DNA of 32,000 bases from an uncultured Actinomycetes bacterium (GCA_963709345.1 CAVPVX010000007.1:220881-252880); one strand, 5' to 3'; counted from the first letter of the stretch, positions 16,784 through 26,142 are shown. The notes: a model not told the origin generated them from the letters alone. A program made the numbers and translations.

Positions 16784-17406
16784 ACGGCGGCCGGCGGCGG
16801 CGCAGCCGCTCCGCCGGCCGGCGCCGCCGCGGCCTCCCGCCGGCTCAGCTCTTGCGGCGTGTACTCCTTACCGACGCTCCAGCACTTGGCCACCGGCTCG
16901 CCCAGCGACCAGTACTTCTTGCTCGACATGTCGAAGAGCAGCGGCTTGACCTTGGCGATGTCGACGATGCCGTTGGTGAGCACGTCGACGTCTGCCCAGG
17001 TGCCCACGACCTCGCCGACGAAGAGGTCGTGGGTCGGCATCGCGATGTGCTCGATGAGCTTGCACTCCATCGTGACCTTGCACTGCTCGATCATGGGAGC
17101 GTTCTCGAGCTCGCCGTAGAAGACGTCGAAGATCGCGCTCTTGTCCTCCTTGGTGCCGCTCACCATGCCGATGTGGTCGGTCACGGCGACCAGATCCTCC
17201 GAGGGCAGGCTCACACTGAACGTCTTGTTGGCGATGATGCCCTTGTTGGTGAGGTGGATGTTGCCCATGCCGAGCGTGATGCCCTTGAGGTGAGCGATGC
17301 CGACGTGGGCGATGGTGGCGAAGTCCGCCTTGCCGTCGACGTCCGCGCCGATGATGGCGGTGACGAGCGGGTAGAGAACGTTGGTGGCGCCGAGCTTCTC
17401 CTTCAC
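16768..17406 (-). CDS. Flavin reductase-like domain protein
   Basis: YPLVTAIIGADVDGKADFATIAHVGIAHLKGITLGMGNIHLTNKGIIANKTFSVSLPS...VTDHIGMVSGTKEDKSAIFDVFYGELENAPMIEQCKVTMECKL. GTG start with AGAGAGG SD. Confidence 0.8.
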   Translation of the reverse strand: MKEKLGATNVLYPLVTAIIGADVDGKADFATIAHVGIAHLKGITLGMGNIHLTNKGIIANKTFSVSLPSEDLVAVTDHIGMVSGTKEDKSAIFDVFYGELENAPMIEQCKVTMECKLIEHIAMPTHDLFVGEVVGTWADVDVLTNGIVDIAKVKPLLFDMSSKKYWSLGEPVAKCWSVGKEYTPQELSRREAAAAPAGGAAAPPPAAVQNLM

Positions 17407-17554
17407 GGTGGCCTCTCTGGTCGCGGTGATCTGGTGCGTGACGGTTCCATACCCACGAGCAGGCCTGCGGTAATCGGGACCTCGTCGATGCGGGACGCAC
17501 CGGCTCGCGACGCCCGCGGTTCACAGCGGCGCCGCGAGCCGTCATCATGGGTGC

Positions 17555-18664
17555 ATGCCGCCCACCTCGGAAACGACGGCGCGTCGCCGCAGGCGGCCGC
17601 GCCGGCGCCGCATCCCCGCCCTGTTTCTGATCGTGGTCGCCGGCGGGCTCACGATCGCTCTCGCGTTCGCCCTCGCCAGCGCCCTGGACGACGACCGCCC
17701 CCACGGACCGTACCTCATCGGCGGCTGGACTTTCGGCGATCGCGCATCCCTCGAACGAGCCATCGACGCCGGCGCGATCGACGAGGTGAGCGTCGACTGG
17801 CTGCAATCGCGCCCCGACGGCAGCGTCGTGGCGCCCAAGCTCGACACGGGCTTCATCGCCGAGGCGAAGCGGCGGGACTGCAGGGTCTTCGTGACGCTGA
17901 CCGACTACGACGAGACGCGGCACACCTTCGACGCGGCGATCTCCGCCGCGATCCTCAAGACCGCGGAGTCGCGGCGGCGCCACGCCGCCGCCGTCGCCGC
18001 GTGGTGCCGCGAGTACGACGTAGCCGGCGTCGACATCGACTGGGAGGCGCTGAAGGCCTCCCAGCGCAATGCCTTCTCGGCCTTCGTCGAGGCGCTGGCG
18101 CGACGGCTGCACGACGACAAGCGCCTCATCGCCGTCGACGTCTACCCCAAGGTCCGCGAGCCCGGCGGATGGGACGGGCCGCGGTCGCAGGACTGGAAGC
18201 GCCTCGGCAGGGCGGTCGACCAGTTCCGCATCATGACCTACAACTACTCGGGCTCCTGGTCGGGTCCGGGGCCGCTCTCGCCCCCGGACTGGATGCACCG
18301 GGTGCTCGCCTTCGCCGAGACGCTGGTGCCGCCACGGCGCATCGTCATGGGCCTGGGCTTCTACGGCCGCGACTGGGTCGGTGACACGACAAGCGACCTC
18401 GTGTGGGGCGACGTGAGGGCCATCCGCGCCGCTCGCGATCCACTCCAGACCCGCACGGATTCGGGGGAGCTCCGCCTCGACTACCGGCGCGACGGCGACC
18501 GGCACATCGCGTACTTCCCCGACGCCGTCGCGATCGACGCCAAGCTAAGGATGCTTCTCGAGAAGCACCCGCAGGTACTCGGCGTCTACGCCTGGCACAT
18601 GGGCCAGGAGGATCCCGCCGTCTGGCGCGTGCTCAAGGAGTCACTCCACACTCGCGTTCCGTAG
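17555..18664 (+). CDS. GH18-like glycoside hydrolase / spore-germination-type chitinase-fold protein, N-terminally anchored
   Basis: TM segment IPALFLIVVAGGLTIALAFALA, VAGVDIDWEAL (DxDxE catalytic motif), DQFRIMTYNYSGSWSGPGPLSPPDWMHRVLAFA, RIVMGLGFYGRDW. Confidence 0.85.
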   Translation: MPPTSETTARRRRRPRRRRIPALFLIVVAGGLTIALAFALASALDDDRPHGPYLIGGWTFGDRASLERAIDAGAIDEVSVDWLQSRPDGSVVAPKLDTGFIAEAKRRDCRVFVTLTDYDETRHTFDAAISAAILKTAESRRRHAAAVAAWCREYDVAGVDIDWEALKASQRNAFSAFVEALARRLHDDKRLIAVDVYPKVREPGGWDGPRSQDWKRLGRAVDQFRIMTYNYSGSWSGPGPLSPPDWMHRVLAFAETLVPPRRIVMGLGFYGRDWVGDTTSDLVWGDVRAIRAARDPLQTRTDSGELRLDYRRDGDRHIAYFPDAVAIDAKLRMLLEKHPQVLGVYAWHMGQEDPAVWRVLKESLHTRVP

Positions 18665-18780
18665 AGCGCCCCAGGCATCTGCCGGTGGCTCCCACCCACG
18701 CGTCTCGCCATACACCGGGGCTCCGGTGCGGTCTGTCCGCACCGGAGCCCCGGAAGGTGACGCGTCGTGCCGGAGCCGGA

Positions 18781-19308
18781 TTACGGGACCAGCACGGTGT
18801 CGATCACGTGGATGACGCCGTTGGAGGTCTCGATGTCGGCGGTAACGACCTTGGCGCCGTTGACCATCACGGTCCCGTCGTCCTCGATCGTGATCTTGAG
18901 CGACTCGCCATTGACGGTCTCCGCCATCATGCCGTCACTCAGATCGGTCGACAGTACCTTGCCGGGCACGACGTGATAGGTGAGCACGTCGGTCAGGGCG
19001 CCGCTGGGATCCGCGAACAGCGCGTCCAGCGTCTCCTGAGGCACCGCCGCGAAGGCTTCGTCCGTCGGGGCGAACACGGTGAACGGGCCTTCGCCCCTCA
19101 GAGTCTCCTCGAGACCCGCAGCCTGGACGGCGCTCACGAGGCTCGTGAACGATCCGGCCTCGACGGCGGTATCGACGATGTCCTTCTGAGCCATCGTCGG
19201 TTCCGGGGTGGGCGACGCGGCTTCCTCTTCCGTACTGCCGCACGCGACGATGATGAACGGCACCGTCAGTACGGCGACCACGGCCAGTACGAGCGACCAG
19301 CGTTTCAT
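18781..19308 (-). CDS. Fasciclin (FAS1)-domain lipoprotein
   Basis: ATG at 19308 after GGGAGGTACC. Lipobox TVPFIIVAC|GS. FAS1 features [61 protein letters not shown]. Confidence 0.93.
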   Translation of the reverse strand: MKRWSLVLAVVAVLTVPFIIVACGSTEEEAASPTPEPTMAQKDIVDTAVEAGSFTSLVSAVQAAGLEETLRGEGPFTVFAPTDEAFAAVPQETLDALFADPSGALTDVLTYHVVPGKVLSTDLSDGMMAETVNGESLKITIEDDGTVMVNGAKVVTADIETSNGVIHVIDTVLVP

Positions 19309-19638
19309 TGGTACCTCCCAAGCTTTGCTGTGGCTCACCGGCACTCTGACGGCCGGGGCCCCTCTGACGGAGCCGGAAGCGTTCTGGTGGAACCGCTCCG
19401 GACAATACGCCTGGAGGTATTCTGCCCTACTTCATAGAAAAGTAATCACTTCTATAGAGTAACTCTCTAGATACGCCTAATCGGGCGTCTTCGCCCCGCA
19501 TTGCGCGCTCCGCACGCGAACTCGGTCCTCAGCCCGCGACCGCGACTGCGGCAGGTGGGAGACGCTGCGGACGACGAGCCCGGAGGGAGCGCCGGCCGGC
19601 GAGCAGACGCCCGCCGGCCGGCCGACACGACTGCCGCG

Positions 19639-19664
19639 CGGCGGACGCCGCGCGGCGTCCGCCG
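19639..19664. repeat. 26-nt perfect palindrome
   Basis: CGGCGGACGCCGCGCGGCGTCCGCCG equals its own reverse complement. Confidence 0.8.
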
Positions 19665-19810
19665 GGCGCCTGAGCAAGCTCCCGGCGGGAGGCCGGCGGA
19701 CCCTCGGCGCAGCGCGGCCGAACTGCGGGAAGCCGGACCACAGTCGCTTGGACTCCTATCGCGCTACAAGGCGGAAGAATGAGCACTATCTTTCGTCAGG
19801 TCTGAAGACG

Positions 19811-19854
19811 ACGACGCGGACCGGCGGCGCCGTCGCGCCGCCGGTCCGCGTCGT
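19811..19854 (-). terminator. Perfect 20-bp inverted repeat with 4-nt loop, downstream of the 19892..21157 gene
   Basis: ACGACGCGGACCGGCGGCGC (19811-19830) - CGTC - GCGCCGCCGGTCCGCGTCGT (19835-19854). No clear U-tract, so the terminator call is moderate. Confidence 0.5.
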
Positions 19855-19891
19855 TCACTCGGTTCTGCTGAGGCGGCCCTTGCGAGACCCG

Positions 19892-21157
19892 TCAGGCGTC
19901 CGGCGGTCGCGGCGGCTCGGGAGCTTCCGGCGCCTCGGGGGCCGGCGGCAACGAAGACCCGGCGGGCGGCGCCTGCGTGGCCGCCGTGTGGCCGCCGCTC
20001 ACCTCGAGTGCGCAAGCCTGACAGTACTCGTCCGAGCCCTCGATCAGCGCGCCGCACTGGGCGCACTGCTTCTCGAGCCGGCCACTCGAGGCGTCGACGG
20101 CCGGCCTGTGCGCCTGCGGCGCCGCGGGAGGAGGAGCCGCCGCCGGGGAACCGGCCGCGAGCGGGTCGGCAGCCGCCTTCCACGCGTCGGGTCCGGGCGG
20201 CGGCGGGCTCGGCGCCACGGGTGTTACGACCCCGGTCGCCGCCCCGGTCACCGGCGCCGACATCGGGACCGGTGGCGGGGTGCCGTAGATCGGAGCGCCG
20301 GGCGGAGGCGGAAGCGGTGCGCCCGGCATCCCCGGAGCGGGAACCGGCTCCACGGCGCCTCCGGACCCAAGATACATGACGCTGACGTAGCAGATCGTGT
20401 AGGGAGGCACGAGTACGGCGAAGACGAGGAAGAGGACGAGGCCGAGAAGGATCCCCGCCCAATCGCTGCCCTGACCCACGCCGATCGCGATCAGCAGGAT
20501 GACGACGGCCGCCGCGGCGACGACCAGACCGAGGACGACGACCATGCCGAAGGTTCGCCACCAGCCGACGCCCTTCACCATCTCGAGGCTGCGCTTGGCC
20601 GCGTCACCGAAGCCGACACCCTGATCGGCGATGAGCGGCAGGACGTACAGCCAGATCACCCCGATCCAGACGCTGATGACCAGACCCGCAAGCCACCCGA
20701 TGAGCGGGATGACGTTCAGGAGCGATGTCCCGATCGAGATGCCGAACAGCACCAGCGCGTACACCACGTAGGCGCCGAACTTGCGAAAGCCGCTGAACAG
20801 GTCGCCGAACTCGACGCCACGGTTGCCCCTGGCCGCGCCGATGACCATCTCGAACATGCCGCCGTAGAAGACCATCGCGACCACCTGCACCAGGAAGACG
20901 ACGATGATGTAGACGACGATCGCAAGAAGGATCATCCCGACGCCGAGCGCGCCGAGCGCGCCGGAGTCGTCGGCGGCCATGTTGGCCCCGATGGTGATGC
21001 CGGCCCCGGCGAATATCGCCCCGAAGACGGCCAGCGCCGCCCCCAGGATCAGCACCATGATGAGGCCGACGACGAGCCCGGCGAGGACCAGCCACCCCAC
21101 GTCACGCCGCCAGAGCTCGAATGCCTTGGCGAACACGTCGCCGATTCCCATGTACAT
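19892..21157 (-). CDS. Multipass membrane protein with Pro/Ala-rich linker and C-terminal zinc ribbon
   Basis: MYMGIGDVFAKAFELWRRDVGWLVLAGLVVGLIMVL with several TM helices; C-terminal CAQCGALIEGSDEYCQACA (CxxC...CxxC). Confidence 0.75.
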   Translation of the reverse strand: MYMGIGDVFAKAFELWRRDVGWLVLAGLVVGLIMVLILGAALAVFGAIFAGAGITIGANMAADDSGALGALGVGMILLAIVVYIIVVFLVQVVAMVFYGGMFEMVIGAARGNRGVEFGDLFSGFRKFGAYVVYALVLFGISIGTSLLNVIPLIGWLAGLVISVWIGVIWLYVLPLIADQGVGFGDAAKRSLEMVKGVGWWRTFGMVVVLGLVVAAAAVVILLIAIGVGQGSDWAGILLGLVLFLVFAVLVPPYTICYVSVMYLGSGGAVEPVPAPGMPGAPLPPPPGAPIYGTPPPVPMSAPVTGAATGVVTPVAPSPPPPGPDAWKAAADPLAAGSPAAAPPPAAPQAHRPAVDASSGRLEKQCAQCGALIEGSDEYCQACALEVSGGHTAATQAPPAGSSLPPAPEAPEAPEPPRPPDA

Positions 21158-21239
21158 CCCCCCCGTTCGCCTGAAGGCCGGTCGCCCCGAAGGGCCTCGT
21201 GCCGCCAAGGTTCTCGCACCCGAGCGGCCTTGTCACGCG

Positions 21240-22109
21240 TTAGCCGGTGGTCGCCATCCCCGTGTCGTCCGGTGCTGGCGGAGGCGGCGGACTTCCCGCG
21301 GCCAGGGCCGCAGCGATGAGCCAGTCCTCGCGCCGCGATTGATAGTACATCGCCAGAAGGTAGGTGAGGCCGTAGGGACCCGTCACAAGGCCCACGGCCA
21401 TTCCGGCGAACGGGATCATGGCCGCGGCAAGAGCCGCGGCCATCAGCGCCAGCTGCAGCACGAAGAGAGCCAGGAACGTCCACCACCAGCCGACGCGATG
21501 GACGAGCGCACGGCTCTCGCGCAGCGCCGCGGTCACGCCGACGCCGCGGTCGATGACGACGATCAGCGCATACGTCCAGCACACCGACAGGTAGGCGATG
21601 ACGAGTCCGGCCAGGACGGCGAGCATGATGCCGATGACGATCGCCGGGACCCAGAGGAACGCGATGCCGAGCCCGATCACGACCACCGGTGTCGCCGCGA
21701 CCGCCAGTGGCACCAGTAGGAAGGCGACGGTGTACACCCCCACCACGCGGCCCAGGACCCGAAACCCCGTGAAGAGGTCCCAGTAGCCCATCACGCGCCC
21801 CTCGCGCACGCGGCGAAGCGCCCCGGTGAGGACGCCTGCGTACAGCGGGATCGCCACGAGCACCATGACGGCCACCGCCGCCAGGTAGCCGGCGACCAAC
21901 GCGACGACGCCGGCGACACTGAGGCCCGTGATCGCGCCGGCCTCGGCGCCGGAGACCAGACCGGGCAGCGCAACGAGCATCGCCACCAGGATGACGACCG
22001 CGACTGCCGCCCCCGGGATCAGGCCGGCCAACAGCAGCCCGACGATCAGCTGACCGATGTCCTTGAGCAGCAGTCCCCAGGCATCCTTGAAGAGCTTTCC
22101 CAGATCCAC
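21240..22109 (-). CDS. Multipass membrane protein related to its downstream neighbour
   Basis: VDLGKLFKDAWGLLLKDIGQLIVGLLLAGL and WDLFTGFRVLGRVVGVYTVAFLLVPLAVAA...RESRALVHRVGWWWTFLALFVLQLAL parallel GDLFSGFRKFGAYVVYALVLF...KRSLEMVKGVGWWRTFGMVVVLGLVV in the neighbouring protein. Confidence 0.7.
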   Translation of the reverse strand: MDLGKLFKDAWGLLLKDIGQLIVGLLLAGLIPGAAVAVVILVAMLVALPGLVSGAEAGAITGLSVAGVVALVAGYLAAVAVMVLVAIPLYAGVLTGALRRVREGRVMGYWDLFTGFRVLGRVVGVYTVAFLLVPLAVAATPVVVIGLGIAFLWVPAIVIGIMLAVLAGLVIAYLSVCWTYALIVVIDRGVGVTAALRESRALVHRVGWWWTFLALFVLQLALMAAALAAAMIPFAGMAVGLVTGPYGLTYLLAMYYQSRREDWLIAAALAAGSPPPPPAPDDTGMATTG

Positions 22110-22195
22110 GCGGCGTCCCCCCGGTCCCTCGACACGATCAGGCTGCAACACTCAGCGGGTGCCCTCGACCCGCTGCGCTGCTACCCTTGACACAT

Positions 22196-23164
22196 ATGCG
22201 CGACTGTACCCGCAGGGACTTTCTAAGAATCGCCGGCGGCGCGGCGGCCGGAGCCGCACTGGCGGCCGCAGGCTGCGGCACGCAGGTTCCATCCGACCCG
22301 CCGCAGGAGGGGCGCCTGGCGTCTCCTCCGGCATCGGCGGCAGCCGGGAACCGCGTCCCGCCGCCGCTGGCGGTAGCGCACGGCGGCGGCGCGGAGGCGC
22401 TCACCGAAGCGGCGATCACCGCGCTCGGCGGCATGAAGCGCTTCGTCAAACAGGGCGCCGACGTCGTCATCAAGCCCAACATCTGCACCGGCTATCACGG
22501 CCCCGAGTACGCGGCCACCACCAACCCCGCCGTCGTCGGCGTCCTCGTCGGTCTGTGCCGCGCCGCCGGCGCGGCTCGCGTGCGCGTCATGGACATGCCC
22601 TTCGGCGGCCCGGCCGAGGAGGCGTACCGCACGAGCGGCATCCAGGCCGCGGTCGAACGGGCCGGCGGAGAGATGCACATCATGGCCCCCACGCGCTTCC
22701 GCGAGTACCGCATCCCGGACGGCCGCGACCTCACCTCGTGGCCGATCTACAGCGACGTGCTCTCCTGCGACACCCTGATCGACGTCCCGATAGCGAAGGA
22801 CCACGGGATGACCAGGCTGACGCTTGGAGGCAAGAACCTCCTCGGCGTCATCCTCGACCCGGGCGACATCCACGCGAACATCGGCCAGCGGACGGCAGAC
22901 CTGATCAGCGTGTGCCGCCCTACCCTCACCGTCGTCGACGCCGTTCGCGTGCTCACCGCCAACGGCCCCACCGGCGGCGACCTCAACGACGTCGAGACCT
23001 TCGACACCGTCGTCGCAAGCGCGGACATCGTGGCCGCCGACGCCTTTGCGGCCACGCTCTTCGACCTCAGCGGCGCCGACATCCCGTACGTCCAGGCCGC
23101 CTACGACATGGGCCTCGGCGAGATGGATCTGGACCGCGTCGACATCCGCCGCGTGCGCGCCTGA
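22196..23164 (+). CDS. DUF362 domain protein with twin-arginine signal
   Basis: MRDCTRRDFLRIAGGAAAGAALAAAGC (TAT motif plus lipobox-like Cys), VVIKPNICTGYHGPEYAATTNPAVVGVLV, DVPIAKDHGMTRLTLGGKNLLGVI, VVDAVRVLTANGPTGG. Confidence 0.85.
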   Translation: MRDCTRRDFLRIAGGAAAGAALAAAGCGTQVPSDPPQEGRLASPPASAAAGNRVPPPLAVAHGGGAEALTEAAITALGGMKRFVKQGADVVIKPNICTGYHGPEYAATTNPAVVGVLVGLCRAAGAARVRVMDMPFGGPAEEAYRTSGIQAAVERAGGEMHIMAPTRFREYRIPDGRDLTSWPIYSDVLSCDTLIDVPIAKDHGMTRLTLGGKNLLGVILDPGDIHANIGQRTADLISVCRPTLTVVDAVRVLTANGPTGGDLNDVETFDTVVASADIVAADAFAATLFDLSGADIPYVQAAYDMGLGEMDLDRVDIRRVRA

Positions 23165-23279
23165 GCCTACGCGTCTGCGGCGCGGCGGGCGGCCGCGGCG
23201 GGGCCGTGAGCCGGCGCCGGGACCTGCCGGAGCAACCGCTGGTGGGCCGACGCGCCGGCCCTCGGGGTAGAATCGCCGG

Positions 23280-24206
23280 GTGATGGACGAGCACGCCACC
23301 TCCCGCCTTCGCGACGCCGCCCTCGACGCCGCCCTGACTCGCCACGAACAGCTGATGGCGGAGGCCCGGCGCATCATCGACGCCGGCAACGACCGCGGCG
23401 TGACCCTCCGCCTCACCGGTGGGCTCGCCGTGCGCCACTACGCGATCGACCTGGAATTCGCCGAGCGCCACTACAGCGACATCGACCTGATCGGCCTCAA
23501 GCGCCAGGCGGCCGACGTGGGCGGTGTCTTCCGCGACCTCGGCTACCTCGAGAACCAACACGTCTCGATGGCCACCGCCAACGGCCAGCTTCAGTTCTTC
23601 ATGCCGGCGCGGTCGCTGGAATCACGGGCTCACATGGGCAAACGTGGCCATGCTCTCCCCGTGATCAGCGCAATCCCTCCGAGTGACCACATCGACGTCT
23701 TCCTCGACGCGATGCGCATGGATCACGCGATCGACTTCCGCGGCCGTCTCGAGATCAACACGTACGCCATCGACCCTGCCGACCTCTTCCTCAGCAAGCT
23801 CCAGATCGTGAACCTGAACGAGAAGGACGCCCACGACATCATCACGCTCTGCAAGGATGTGTACGTCGACTTCCGGCCGCACCCCGGCGTGCTGGACCTG
23901 CAGCACGTCGCCGAGGTCTGCGGCAGCGACTGGGGTCTCTACATCGATGTCATGAGCAACGTGGACACGGTCATCGACCATATCTCCGACTACGACCTCA
24001 GCCCGCGCGACGCCGCCCGCGTGCGTCGCACGCTCGAACTGGCACAGGACATGATGACCGAACACTCCAAGACGCTGCGCTGGAGGCTGCGTTCGCGCAT
24101 CGGCAAGCGCCTCCGCTGGTACTCCGAAGTCGAGGAGCAGTTCGGCGGCCGGACCGAGGAGACGGCGCTGGCGGTGCGCACCAAGGCCGGTCGCGCCGCG
24201 GTCTGA
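23280..24206 (+). CDS. Nucleotidyltransferase-like protein (minimal NTase fold), copy A
   Basis: GVTLRLTGGLAVRHYAIDLEFAERHYSDIDLIGL (GG...DxD), DHIDVFLDAMRMDHAIDF, YAIDPADLFLSKLQIVNLNEKDAHDIITL. Confidence 0.7.
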   Translation: MMDEHATSRLRDAALDAALTRHEQLMAEARRIIDAGNDRGVTLRLTGGLAVRHYAIDLEFAERHYSDIDLIGLKRQAADVGGVFRDLGYLENQHVSMATANGQLQFFMPARSLESRAHMGKRGHALPVISAIPPSDHIDVFLDAMRMDHAIDFRGRLEINTYAIDPADLFLSKLQIVNLNEKDAHDIITLCKDVYVDFRPHPGVLDLQHVAEVCGSDWGLYIDVMSNVDTVIDHISDYDLSPRDAARVRRTLELAQDMMTEHSKTLRWRLRSRIGKRLRWYSEVEEQFGGRTEETALAVRTKAGRAAV

Positions 24207-24249
24207 TCCGGGCGTACGAGAGCGCCGCACCCGGGGCTCCCCGGCATCC

Positions 24250-25065
24250 TCAGGGAGCCCCTCCATCCTCTTCCTCCACCAGTTGGTACCAAGGGCGCCG
24301 GGTGCCCACCCGGGCACGCAGTCGCCAGCCGACCGTCTTGGGAACCGCGTCGATGGCCCCGGTCAGCACAGCGACCCGCGCGCGCACCCGCACGAGATCT
24401 TCGGGAGTGAGGCCCGACGAGCCTCCCGCCTCCACGCAGCGCTGCAGATTTCGTGTCACGTCGTAGAAGAGGCCCCAGTCCCCGGCGCAGAGCCCCGCGA
24501 TGTACTCCGCGTCGATCGCCCGCGGCCCGGCCTCGTCGGCGTCCGCCGAGACCGCCAGCAGATGCAGCGCGTCGTGCACGTCGCGCGGCTCCGCGCGCGT
24601 GATGAGCAGCTTGGTGACCAGCAGATCGCTCGCGGAGAGCGTGTAGGGATGCAGCCCAAGACGATCCCTGAGATCGATCTCGTGCTCCATCCTGAACCGG
24701 TCGAAGAAGACGTCCACGTGATCGTCCTCATGTGCGCGGCCGCCGCCGGCCGTCACGTGTTCGCAGGGCCGCACGAACTGTGCCTGCCGCCCCATTGTGG
24801 CCATCCTCACGTGGTCGCGCTCGCCGTACCCGAGATCCCCCAGGATGTCGACCACCCCGACCGCCTCGCGGCTCAGCCCCGCGAGATCGACGTCCGCGTA
24901 GTCCCGCTCGCAGCTCGCAAGCCCGTCGCAGTGAGTGGCCACGGCGAGGCCCCCGAGCAGGCGCAGCGTCACACCGCGCGCTCGCGCGGCATCGACGATG
25001 CGCCGGCCCTCGGCGACCATCCTCAGCCGAAGTGGGCCGCCAGCAGTGTCGGCGGATCCTTCCAT
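24250..25065 (-). CDS. Nucleotidyltransferase-like protein, copy B (paralogue of the convergent neighbour); a GTG at 25095 is an alternative start
   Basis: GVTLRLLGGLAVATHCDGLASCERDYADVDLAGLSREA...DHVDVFFDRFRMEHEIDL...YTLSASDLLVTKLLITRAEPRDVHDALHLL...GWRLRARVGTRRPWYQLVEEED; aligns throughout with copy A. Confidence 0.68.
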   Translation of the reverse strand: MEGSADTAGGPLRLRMVAEGRRIVDAARARGVTLRLLGGLAVATHCDGLASCERDYADVDLAGLSREAVGVVDILGDLGYGERDHVRMATMGRQAQFVRPCEHVTAGGGRAHEDDHVDVFFDRFRMEHEIDLRDRLGLHPYTLSASDLLVTKLLITRAEPRDVHDALHLLAVSADADEAGPRAIDAEYIAGLCAGDWGLFYDVTRNLQRCVEAGGSSGLTPEDLVRVRARVAVLTGAIDAVPKTVGWRLRARVGTRRPWYQLVEEEDGGAP

Positions 25066-25115
25066 GCCGGCTATGTGCCCCCACTCCCCCCTCACCAAGC
25101 GCGCCGCGGCGCCGA

Positions 25116-26142
25116 TCAAGCCTGGGGCCAGGCGGGCGGCGGGGCGACGAGGCGCCACTCGACGCCGTCCTCGAGTTCCCGCACGACGGCCCAGTCCCCG
25201 CGCGAGAAGTGCCGCAGGGCCAGCGGCTCCACGACCCGCTCGTCCTGGGCCAGGAGGTCGCCCAGGGACCGCACGAGACGCGCCCCGCCCTCGGCGACCG
25301 ACGTCGTGTCGTCGCCGGCGACCGCAAGGCGCAGGCGGCGCAGCGTCTCCAGCGCGTCCGCTTGCGGCTGCGCGAGCAGCGTCTGCGGCCCGTCGACGCC
25401 GTGAACGGCCAGCGCCGGGAACCACGCCTGGCGCAACCGGCGAAAGCGCGCCTCGATGCCTCCGAGGCGGTCGACGAGACGCGCCACGAGGGCACGCTCG
25501 TGACGCCACCGACGCCGCGTGGGCGAGCCGCCGAGTCGGCTCAGCGCCGCCTCGAGGTCTGCGCAGAGCCGCCTGATCAGGACGGCCTCCCGGCGAAGCG
25601 TGTCCAGCGGGTGTCCCCCGGGAACAGCCGCCACCAGAGACTCGTCCGACGAGCTCGTCGGTCGAAGGTCCCTCGGGGTCACCGGTGCGCGCCGGCGCGC
25701 CGGCCGCGACGGAGAGCGCCTTTTCGAGCGCCGCCAGCTCCGCTGGGTCGAGACCGTCGCTGACCGCCGCCCAGCGCTCCGCCAGCTCCGGCAGCGGCCC
25801 GCCGCCCTCGAGGGCGGCGGCGATGGCGCGCAGCTCGCAGAGCCGGCTGTCGTCGCCCGCGATCCCACGAGAAGCGAAAGCCGTCCGCGCCGGGCGGCCG
25901 GTACCGCGGGCCACCTCCGCGGCGACCTCCCTTACCAGCTGCGGGCAGGTGACGTCACGGCACGCGGCGACGTCACCCAGTGTCGTGACCCGGGCCCACC
26001 GTGAAAGGGCGAGCGGCCGGTCGAGCGGCGCAACGCCGCCGCACCGGCGCAAGTACGGCTCGATGAACGGGTAGGCGTTCACGAGCGCGAACACGGTGGT
26101 GCGCGAGCCGATGAGGATGTCGGATGACGGCGCTTCGGTCAT
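25116..26142 (-). pseudogene. DUF1858/DUF438-like protein split by one frameshift near 25,640
   Basis: Frame 1: DILIGSRTTVFALVNAYPFIEPYLRRCGG...LCELRAIAAALEGGGPLPELAERWAAVSDGLDPAELAALEKALS. Frame 2 (minus ORF 25116..25868): SSDESLVAAVPGGHPLDTLRREAVLIRRLCADLEAALSRLGG...VVEPLALRHFSRGDWAVVRELEDG. Confidence 0.6.

Noticed and set aside
16868-18505. 545-aa minus ORF
   Set aside because: Shadow ORF over the GH18-like gene and an alternative frame of the flavin reductase; no domain signature.
19748-21319. 523-aa plus ORF opposite the membrane proteins
   Set aside because: Antisense shadow with RRHRH/DDDQ-rich composition; the minus-strand protein has convincing TM helices and a zinc ribbon.
22057-23416. 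Plus ORF (408 aa) and minus ORF (397 aa) over the DUF362 gene
   Set aside because: Both are out-of-frame shadows of the TAT/DUF362 coding sequence.
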